This document shows positions 1 through 6,025 of a stretch of 35,309 nt of DNA, one piece after another (positions within the stretch are counted from its first letter, which is position 1; each line of letters begins with the position of its first letter). The stretch covers positions 1 to 35,309 of the forward strand of contig CANRFD010000001.1 of NCBI GenBank assembly GCA_947629845.1, read 5' to 3'. The position numbers and the translations under genes are program-made. The notes beneath the pieces were generated by a model, which saw only the letters and a program-made list of their open reading frames with translations, was not told where the DNA came from and searched no databases. This stretch comes from an uncultured Clostridia bacterium. Lineage in GTDB: Bacteria; Bacillota; Clostridia; Christensenellales; Borkfalkiaceae.

Positions 1-3000
1 GATGATGGCCTGCACTTCGCCCGAGCTCAAAAAGGCGCCCTGCACGCGGAGGCAGTTGAACATGCCCTCGGTGCGGAAGAGCATATCGCCGTTGCCGAGC
101 AGCTTTTCCGCCCCCGTCTCGTCGAGAATGGTGCGGGAGTCCACTTCCTGAATGACGCGGAAGGCGATACGCGTGGGCAGGTTGCCCTTGATGACGCCCG
201 TGATGACGTCCACCGAGGGACGCTGCGTGGCGATGACGAGGTGGATGCCCGCGGCGCGCGCCTTTTGGGCGATGCGCTGGATGCGCTCCTCGATGTTCTT
301 CTTCTCGACCGACATGAGATCGGCGAGCTCGTCTACGACGATGACGATCTTGGGCAGTTTTGCCTCGTCCTCGGTGCGGACGCTGTTGTATTCGTCCACG
401 TTGCGGACGGTGATGTGCTGTTCCCTCGTCTTTTGTTCGAAGAGGCGGTATCTGCGCTCCATCTCCTCGATCGCCCACTTGAACGCCATGACCGCCTTCT
501 GCGCGTCGGCGATGATCTCGTTGATCATGAGATGGGGCAGCCCGTCGAACACAGCGAACTCCACCTTCTTCGGGTCGATGAGAATGAGCCGCAGATCCTC
601 GGGGGAATATTTGCAGATCAGGCTGATGAGCATCGCGTTGAGACAGACCGACTTGCCCGAGCCCGTCGACCCCGCGATGAGCAGGTGCTTCATCTTGGCG
701 ATGTTGCCGCACACGCTCTTATTTTCGACGTCCTTGCCGATGACGAACATCAGCGAGCCTTCCTTGGCGTTGACGTATTCGTCCGCCTCCAAAACGGAGC
801 GGATGCCGACGGTGGCGCGGTGCACGTTGGGGACTTCGATGGAGATGGTGCCCGACGCGGTGTTGGCGTACATATTCACGCCGTCGCGGGCGTGCAGGCG
901 AAGGGCGATCTCCTTGTCGCGCTTGATGACCGTTCCCACCGTGATGTTGCGGGGGATATCGATATCGTAACGGGTAACGGCGGGGCCCGTCGTCACCTTT
1001 ACGACCTCGGCGTCCACCTTGAAACCCGCGAGGGTATCCACGATGGTGGCGGTGTTGCGCTCGATCTCGTCCTGCGACATGTTTACGGTGTCGTCATACA
1101 CGCTGAAGTTCGCGGTGCTCGGCTTCACATACTCGCGGTAGATGTGCCTTGCGGGCGCGGGCGCAGGTTTTTCCTCCCCCGCGTCGAAGGACGAAGCGGA
1201 GTCGAACGAGCTGCGCGAAGAGGTGCGCGTGCGGGGCGTGCGGGGAGCGATCTCGGGTTCCTCGGCAAAGTCTCCCCCATCGGAAAAGTCATCGTCGTCG
1301 AAGAGGTCGGCGTCGCTGACGGGGGCGCGGAACACGCGGCTGTCGGGATCGGGCAGGTCGTTCTCCGCGGGGGCGCGGTAGCCGCCGTCGGGAGAGAGGT
1401 CGGACGGCGCGGCCGTGCGGGGGCTCTCCTGCGAAACGTCGGGCGGGATCCGCGACGCGGGCGGCGTCTCGGGTTGGTTAAAGCGGGAAGCCGGCGGGTT
1501 GTCGTCAAACGGGAGCGGCTTTTCGATGTGCGTGCGCTCCTCCAACGGGCGGGAGAACAGGCTTCTGAAGCCCGCCTCTCTGCCGGCGTTATCGATTTGT
1601 TCGGGCGGCGTTTCGGGTTGGGCGAAACGGGACGCAGGCGGCGTTTCGGGCTGAGCAAAACGCGACGCGGGCGGCGTTTCGGGTTGAGCGAAGCGCGAAG
1701 CGGGCGGCGTTTCGGGTTGGGCGAAACGCGACGCGGGCGGCGTTTCGGGTTGAGCGAAGCGCGAAGCGGGCGGCGTTTCGGGTTGGGCGAAACGCGAAGC
1801 GGGCGGCGTTTCGGGCTGAGCAAAACGCGATGCGGGCGGCGTTTCGGGCTGCTGCGGACGGGGCGCGGGTTCATCGTACACATTGGGCTGCGAGGAGAAC
1901 TCGGGCTCTACGTCGTGGGCGTAGTAGTTGCGGTTTGCGGGCTCCGCGGGTTCCTGCGGGGCGCGGTAGGAAGGCGTCTGGGTGTAGTTGGCGTCGTAAT
2001 CTTCCTGCACGGGGTAGGAATAGCCGCCGTCGGCGTGCGGGCGTTCCTCCGTGACCTTGCGCGGGAAGGCGGGACGGGGCTCCTCCGCATGGGCGGCGTA
2101 GCTCTCCGAATACCCAAGGGGCGCGGAGGGCGCAGCGGGCGGCGTATTTGCGGGCGGGGCGTAGGAAGTTGCGGGCGGCGTGTAGGGCGCGGGGCCGCTT
2201 CCGCCCGATCCCCCCACGACGTTGCTGCCGCGGGCATGGGTGTTGAAATAGGAGTCCCTATCGTAGATGAGATTGGAGCGGTAGTTGGAGGCGGGGTCGC
2301 TGCCGAACAGGATCTCCCGCCCTTCCGCCGCCCTGTCGTATGCGGGGCGCTGCGCTGCGGCACGGGGCTGCTCGGGAGCCGCATAGGGCTGCGGCGACTG
2401 CGGCATCTGCGCCCGCGCGGGATCGGGAAGATCGCCGAACTGCATCGCGCCGGGGTAGGGACGAGCCCCCTCCGTGCGAACGTCGGCGGCGGGCGTTTCG
2501 CTGTGGGCGGCCCTCGGGCGGGCGGAGCGCTTCATCCGCTCGCGAAGGGGTGTGGCGCGCAGGAAGAAATACACCGCAAGCACCGTGAGCAGCGAGAAGA
2601 ACACATAGGCGCCGACGTCGGTGACGAGCGCGCAGACGGGGAAGGCGACGATGCCGAGAATGACGCCCCCGCCCGTGGAATTTGCGGCACCGCTCTCCGC
2701 AGCATGCCAGCAGGCCGACATGTAGCCGCCGAAGCCGAGTTCGGCATAGGAGGGCGCCGTTGCGACGTGCACGATGAAGAACGCCGCCAACGCCACGAGG
2801 GCGCCGCGCAGCACGAGCTTCAAGTCGATGGGGCTCTTCCCGATGACGAGCGAAAGAGAGAGATAGGCGATAAGCAGCAGCGCCGGATAGGCGGCAAAGC
2901 CCAACGCGCCGCAAAAGAAGGCCGTGATCGCCAGCCCCACGTCTCCGAAGAGATAGGGGCCCGTGACCGCGATCAAGAAAGCGATCGTGGAGAAGAGCAG

Positions 3001-3084
3001 CAGCGTCATACCGACCGTCTCCCGCGAAATCATCTTGCTCTTTTTTTCTTTCTGTTCATCCTTTCCCCGACCGAACCCGTTCAC
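1..3084 (-). CDS. ftsK: DNA translocase FtsK/SpoIIIE, with the 3' end running off the window at position 1. N-terminal membrane domain, long Pro/Gln-rich linker, C-terminal motor domain.
   Basis: The minus-strand frame is open from 3084 to 1 (translated by eye, no stops); it is absent from the ORF track because it has no in-window stop. The N-terminus reads VNGFGRGKDEQKEKKSKMISRETVGMTLLLFSTIAFLIAV, followed by further hydrophobic helices. The motor domain has Walker A LLIAGSTGSGKSV (about 640-680), Walker B LPKIVIVVDELADLM, and IHLVIATQRPSVDVITG. The GTG at 3084 has GGAGG 7 nt upstream; in-frame ATGs at 3033 and 3009 are alternative starts. Confidence 0.9.
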   Translation of the reverse strand, partial: MNGFGRGKDEQKEKKSKMISRETVGMTLLLFSTIAFLIAVTGPYLFGDVGLAITAFFCGALGFAAYPALLLIAYLSLSLVIGKSPIDLKLVLRGALVALAAFFIVHVATAPSYAELGFGGYMSACWHAAESGAANSTGGGVILGIVAFPVCALVTDVGAYVFFSLLTVLAVYFFLRATPLRERMKRSARPRAAHSETPAADVRTEGARPYPGAMQFGDLPDPARAQMPQSPQPYAAPEQPRAAAQRPAYDRAAEGREILFGSDPASNYRSNLIYDRDSYFNTHARGSNVVGGSGGSGPAPYTPPATSYAPPANTPPAAPSAPLGYSESYAAHAEEPRPAFPRKVTEERPHADGGYSYPVQEDYDANYTQTPSYRAPQEPAEPANRNYYAHDVEPEFSSQPNVYDEPAPRPQQPETPPASRFAQPETPPASRFAQPETPPASRFAQPETPPASRFAQPETPPASRFAQPETPPASRFAQPETPPASRFAQPETPPEQIDNAGREAGFRSLFSRPLEERTHIEKPLPFDDNPPASRFNQPETPPASRIPPDVSQESPRTAAPSDLSPDGGYRAPAENDLPDPDSRVFRAPVSDADLFDDDDFSDGGDFAEEPEIAPRTPRTRTSSRSSFDSASSFDAGEEKPAPAPARHIYREYVKPSTANFSVYDDTVNMSQDEIERNTATIVDTLAGFKVDAEVVKVTTGPAVTRYDIDIPRNITVGTVIKRDKEIALRLHARDGVNMYANTASGTISIEVPNVHRATVGIRSVLEADEYVNAKEGSLMFVIGKDVENKSVCGNIAKMKHLLIAGSTGSGKSVCLNAMLISLICKYSPEDLRLILIDPKKVEFAVFDGLPHLMINEIIADAQKAVMAFKWAIEEMERRYRLFEQKTREQHITVRNVDEYNSVRTEDEAKLPKIVIVVDELADLMSVEKKNIEERIQRIAQKARAAGIHLVIATQRPSVDVITGVIKGNLPTRIAFRVIQEVDSRTILDETGAEKLLGNGDMLFRTEGMFNCLRVQGAFLSSGEVQAII
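1604..1868 (-). repeat. Eight tandem copies (last one partial) of a 33-bp unit inside the ftsK linker, encoding a QPETPPASRFA peptide repeat
   Basis: The motif ggcggcgtttcggg recurs at 1604, 1637, 1670, 1703, 1736, 1769, 1802 and 1835, an exact 33-nt period. In the ftsK frame this gives seven exact QPETPPASRFA units. A degenerate copy (NPPASRFNQPETPPASRIPP) lies near 1440-1500. Confidence 0.9.
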
Positions 3085-3138
3085 GATAATTCCTCCGTAT
3101 GTCCCCTTACGGGGACACCGCGTATTTTTTCACCTTAC

Positions 3139-3167
3139 AGTATAGCATTTCCGCGTGGATTTTTCAA
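3139..3167 (-). promoter_or_regulatory. Putative sigma-A type promoter of ftsK (TTGAAA-17-TATACT)
   Basis: The minus strand reads TTGAAAaatccacgcggaaatgcTATACT. A GTCCCCGTAAGGGGAC hairpin and the GGAGG SD lie between it and the GTG at 3084. Confidence 0.4.
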
Positions 3168-3291
3168 TGAATTTACGCAAGATTTTCTGCCGAAATTATT
3201 TTTCTTTGCACGGAAGCCATGCTCCGCCCGCCAAAAAGCGGGAAAATTCGCCCCATGGGGGGAATTTACAGGCGGCCGTACGGGATTTGCG

Positions 3292-3325
3292 GCGCCACCC
3301 CCTACCCCCCTCCCGCGGAGGGGGC
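3292..3325. repeat. Copy of a dispersed intergenic hairpin motif, GCCACCCCCT...CCCCCTCC-cgc-GGAGGGGGCAA
   Basis: An 8-bp G/C stem pairs CCCCCTCC (3306-3313) with GGAGGGGG (3317-3324). Nearly the same sequence with the same flanks recurs at 5811-5835. Confidence 0.6.
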
Positions 3326-3344
3326 AAGAGAGGGCGGGCGGCGG

Positions 3345-3381
3345 ACAAAAGCAAAAGCCGCCCCGAGGGAAACGGGACGGC
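3345..3381 (-). terminator. Rho-independent terminator downstream of the 3411-4514 gene
   Basis: The minus strand has GCCGTCCCG-tttccct-CGGGGCGGC (9-bp stem with one G-U pair) followed by TTTTGCTTTTG. Confidence 0.6.
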
Positions 3382-3410
3382 GAACTTGTGCTATAAAATA
3401 TTTGCGGCGG

Positions 3411-4514
3411 TCAGGCCTCGGGCTCGATCTTCTTGCCGGTGGCCTTGATCTCCTTCGCGGCGATGAGCTCGTCGCGGGTGAGCGCGGGCACTTCGGTATC
3501 CTTGGGCGCGGTCTTGCCCTTCTCCAAGCCGTTCTCCTCGGCAAGGCGGGCGATGAGCACCTTTGCGTACTTGATGCGGCGCGCGGAGTCCACTTTGAAC
3601 AGCATGGGGGTCGCGGCGAAGCGCTTCATGCCCGAAACGTCCTTCCCGCGGTACTTGGTGCCTTCAAATTCCTTGGGGTCGAGCGCGAGCGCGATGCACA
3701 GCTTCTTGCCCTTGAACAGGATGGCGGCGATGCGCGTTCTGCTGACGCTCACGTTCTGCTGGCGGCGGCTGTCTCTGCGGCGCATCTTCTTGTAGCTGCC
3801 GATCTCGGTGACGAGCTCGGAATAGTAGCTCTTGATCTCCTCGGGGGCGAGCACGAGGCGCGCCTTGAAGGAGTAGGAATAGCGCACGCTGTACACCTCT
3901 TCGTCGTGCTCTGCGCCCAATACGCCGAGCGCTTCGCGAAGCGCCGGGCTCATCTGCCTGACGATGAGCGATTCGCCCGCAACGTCGGGGCGGACGGACG
4001 GCGCGCTCTCCCTCTCCTCGGGCTCGGTGGCGGCGACTTCCGCATAGACAGGCTCTGTTTCGGGCTCCGCTTCGGGCTCGTTTTCCGCGACAGGTTGCTC
4101 TTCCGCGGCCTCTTCAACCACTTCAACGGCTTCCTCTTCTGCGGCTTCTTCCTCGATCTCCTCGGCAACCTCTTCGGTCTCCTCCTCTTCGGGTTCCGCT
4201 TCGGCGACCTCCTCGGTCTCCTCGACAGCTTCCTCTTCGGGCTCCTCGGCGATTTCTTCCTCTTCGCCCTCTTCCTCGGCTTCTTCAGCCTCTTCTTCGG
4301 CCGTCTCCTCGGCGACGGGCTCCGCTACGGGCGCAGCCTCTGCGGGCTCCTCGGCCTCTTCGGCCTCCTCTGCGGGCTCCTCCGCGGCCTGCGCCTTCGC
4401 CTCCGCGCGCCTCCCGGACGCCTTCTTCACGGCGTAAGACAGCGCGATCAGCCCCACGATCGCGGCGACTACGACGACGATGATGACAATGGAAATGATC
4501 GTACCCGTTTCCAT
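3411..4514 (-). CDS. Hypothetical membrane-anchored protein: N-terminal TM helix, a Glu-rich acidic linker of roughly 150 aa, and a basic C-terminal domain of roughly 190 aa
   Basis: The ATG at 4514 has AAGGGGG upstream. The TM helix is IISIVIIVVVVAAIVGLIALSY, followed by KKASGRR, which suggests the C-terminus is cytoplasmic. A long EEAEE-type tract follows. The C-terminal part (YSFKARLVLAPEEIKSYYSELV...LCIALALDPKEF...KYAKVLIARL) looks globular and is rich in K/R. I recognise no family. Confidence 0.75.
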   Translation of the reverse strand: METGTIISIVIIVVVVAAIVGLIALSYAVKKASGRRAEAKAQAAEEPAEEAEEAEEPAEAAPVAEPVAEETAEEEAEEAEEEGEEEEIAEEPEEEAVEETEEVAEAEPEEEETEEVAEEIEEEAAEEEAVEVVEEAAEEQPVAENEPEAEPETEPVYAEVAATEPEERESAPSVRPDVAGESLIVRQMSPALREALGVLGAEHDEEVYSVRYSYSFKARLVLAPEEIKSYYSELVTEIGSYKKMRRRDSRRQQNVSVSRTRIAAILFKGKKLCIALALDPKEFEGTKYRGKDVSGMKRFAATPMLFKVDSARRIKYAKVLIARLAEENGLEKGKTAPKDTEVPALTRDELIAAKEIKATGKKIEPEA

Positions 4515-4557
4515 GCTAAAAATACCCCCTTCGTTTGTTTTTTCGGATTATGGTACG

Positions 4558-4586
4558 ATTATATCGCTTTTTTGTCGAAAAAGCAA
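4558..4586 (-). promoter_or_regulatory. Putative promoter of the 3411-4514 gene (TTGCTT-17-TATAAT)
   Basis: The minus strand reads TTGCTTtttcgacaaaaaagcgaTATAAT, about 40 nt upstream of the ATG. Confidence 0.45.
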
Positions 4587-4649
4587 ACAAAATTCCCGTA
4601 TTTTTTGCATGTTTTCACAGCGTTTTACAATTTTTTTCAAAAAAATTCT

Positions 4650-5408
4650 CTATACCATGCTCTCGAGAATGAGCTTATCCGCGACAAGTGCGATAAATTC
4701 GCTGTTCGTCGGCTTCTCCGTGCCGATGTAGACGCGTGCGCCGAAGATGGCGTTCACCGCGTCGATGCGCCCGCGGTTCCACGCGACTTCGATGGCGTGG
4801 CGGATGGCGCGTTCCACCTTGCTGGCGGAGGTGTTGAACCGTTCGCCGATGATGGGATACAGTCCCTTCGTCACATTATTGATGATATGGGGGTCGTTTA
4901 CCGCCATTTTTATGCCCTCGCGCAGGTAGTTGTAGCCCTTGATGTGCGGCGGGATGCCGATGGAGATGAAGATGTTGGAAATGCGCTCGTCGAGGGAGCC
5001 CGGGCGGCGGCGTTCGAACTTGTCGTGGGTGCCGACCGCCTCTGGCCCCGCCGAAAGTTCCACCGCGCGGCTGCCCACGATCTCCGCGGAGACGGGCTTC
5101 ATGAAGTAGTACCGCGCCCCGAGGGCAATCGCACGGTTGATAATGGCGTCGTCGGAAAAGTTGCCGAGTACGATGAAGTCCGTCTTTTTGCCGCTGTGCT
5201 TTGCCTCTTCGAGAACGGTAAAACCGTCCATGTTTTTCAGGAACAAGCTGACGACTGTGACGTTGGGAGAAAATTTATCGAGAAGTTTGAGCCCCTCTTC
5301 CCCGTCGCCCGTCACGCCGCAGACCTCGCAGTCCTTCTGTGCCGTAAAATATGCCGCAAGTTCGCCGGCAAATTGTTCGTTGCTTTCCATGATCAAAATT
5401 TTTTTCAT
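4650..5408 (-). CDS. spo0A: Spo0A-family sporulation master regulator, with an atypical receiver domain that lacks the phospho-acceptor Asp
   Basis: The C-terminal domain carries the Spo0A signature IGIPPHIKGYNYLREGI...NTSASKVERAIRHAIEVAW...KPTNSEFIALVADKL. The N-terminal 120 aa align without gaps to the B. subtilis Spo0A receiver. Key residues differ: ADDN becomes MESN, and LVLDIIMPHLDG becomes TVVSLFLKNMDG. Confidence 0.9.
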   Translation of the reverse strand: MKKILIMESNEQFAGELAAYFTAQKDCEVCGVTGDGEEGLKLLDKFSPNVTVVSLFLKNMDGFTVLEEAKHSGKKTDFIVLGNFSDDAIINRAIALGARYYFMKPVSAEIVGSRAVELSAGPEAVGTHDKFERRRPGSLDERISNIFISIGIPPHIKGYNYLREGIKMAVNDPHIINNVTKGLYPIIGERFNTSASKVERAIRHAIEVAWNRGRIDAVNAIFGARVYIGTEKPTNSEFIALVADKLILESMV

Positions 5409-5440
5409 TGATTTTTCCGCCTTTTTTTGAGAGTAATCGC

Positions 5441-5469
5441 ATTATAATACACGAAAAAAGATTTGTAAA
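5441..5469 (-). promoter_or_regulatory. Putative sigma-A type promoter of spo0A (TTTACA-17-TATAAT)
   Basis: The minus strand reads TTTACAaatcttttttcgtgtatTATAAT, about 30 nt upstream of the ATG at 5408. Confidence 0.45.
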
Positions 5470-5529
5470 GTCATTTTTGTACAAAATTCAAATATTATTT
5501 TACAAAATTCATCGATTTTTGTACAAAAA

Positions 5530-5536
5530 TGTCGAA
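5530..5536 (+). promoter_or_regulatory. Consensus Spo0A-binding 0A box (TGTCGAA) upstream of spo0A
   Basis: There is an exact TGNCGAA match at 5530-5536, directly abutting a TTTTTGTACAAAAA palindrome (5516-5529). Confidence 0.4.
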
Positions 5537-5603
5537 AACTGCTTTTTTGCGCTTTTTTCGCCGCCTTTTCGGGGGGAGACGGGCGGGAAGAGCTCTTGGG
5601 TTA

Positions 5604-5893
5604 CGCGTCATTCTGACGGGAGCGCAGCGACCGAAGAATCCCGATATGGAGAGTTCGGACTTCGTTGTTCGGGATCCTTCGCGGATAGGCGATTGCGGAC
5701 TGCGTACAGCAGCTCGGCTCAGGATGACGCGTTCCCCCTTGCGCGCGGGGCAGAATGACACGGTTACCCGTGCGCTCACAGGCGGGGCTGCCCACCCCCG
5801 TCACTTCGTGCCACCCCCTCCCGAGGAGGGGGCAACGTGGGCGTTCTCCCACGGAGGGGGCGGTAAAACAAGCGCGCGGGGCAGGATGACGTG
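5604..5893. repeat. Mosaic of short dispersed intergenic repeat motifs
   Basis: CAGRATGACRYG occurs three times in direct orientation (5719-5731, 5750-5762, 5881-5893) and once inverted (5604-5617). The hairpin CCCCCTCC-cga-GGAGGGGG at 5814-5832 matches the one at 3306-3324. Confidence 0.55.
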
Positions 5894-5936
5894 ATTATAT
5901 GCCGCGGCAGAACTATGGAGGCTTCTTTCCGCCCAA

Positions 5937-5962
5937 GCGAAAACCCGCGGCGGTGCCGCGGG
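5937..5962 (-). terminator. Rho-independent terminator of the ABC-F gene
   Basis: The minus strand has CCCGCGGC-acc-GCCGCGGG followed by TTTTCGCTT, about 65 nt after the stop at 6026. Confidence 0.7.
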
Positions 5963-6025
5963 CGCGTGTCCAATATATCCAAATTATAAATATCCCTGCC
6001 AAAAAGCCGCGTTGCAGCCCCACAA

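Noticed and set aside
1125-1883. 252-aa minus-strand ORF with SPKRRP repeats, plus the idea that the 33-bp tandem array could be a CRISPR or minisatellite locus
   Set aside because: It is the +1 frame of the ftsK linker repeats. The units are contiguous with no spacers and sit in-frame inside a continuous, motif-supported ftsK reading frame.
241-3396. 1051-aa plus-strand ORF, the longest in this region of the track
   Set aside because: It is antisense to the ftsK frame, which has clear Walker A/B and membrane-domain motifs. Its translation is Arg/Gly/Ala-rich low complexity with no recognisable motif. This is a typical shadow ORF in high-GC DNA.
4629-4647. A/T-only palindrome AATTTTTTTCAAAAAAATT immediately after the spo0A stop, considered as a terminator
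   Set aside because: The stem would consist solely of A-U pairs and is unlikely to form a stable terminator hairpin. It is more likely just A/T-rich spacer or part of the downstream promoter UP region.
3219-5411. 730-aa plus-strand ORF
   Set aside because: It runs antisense across two well-supported minus-strand genes (the acidic membrane protein and spo0A) and their intergenic promoter. Its translation is low complexity.
5408-5982. Five small ORFs (68-121 aa, both strands) in the spo0A to ABC-F gap
   Set aside because: They overlap one another, lack SD sequences, and translate the dispersed repeat motifs into low-complexity strings. They are treated as non-coding repeat DNA.
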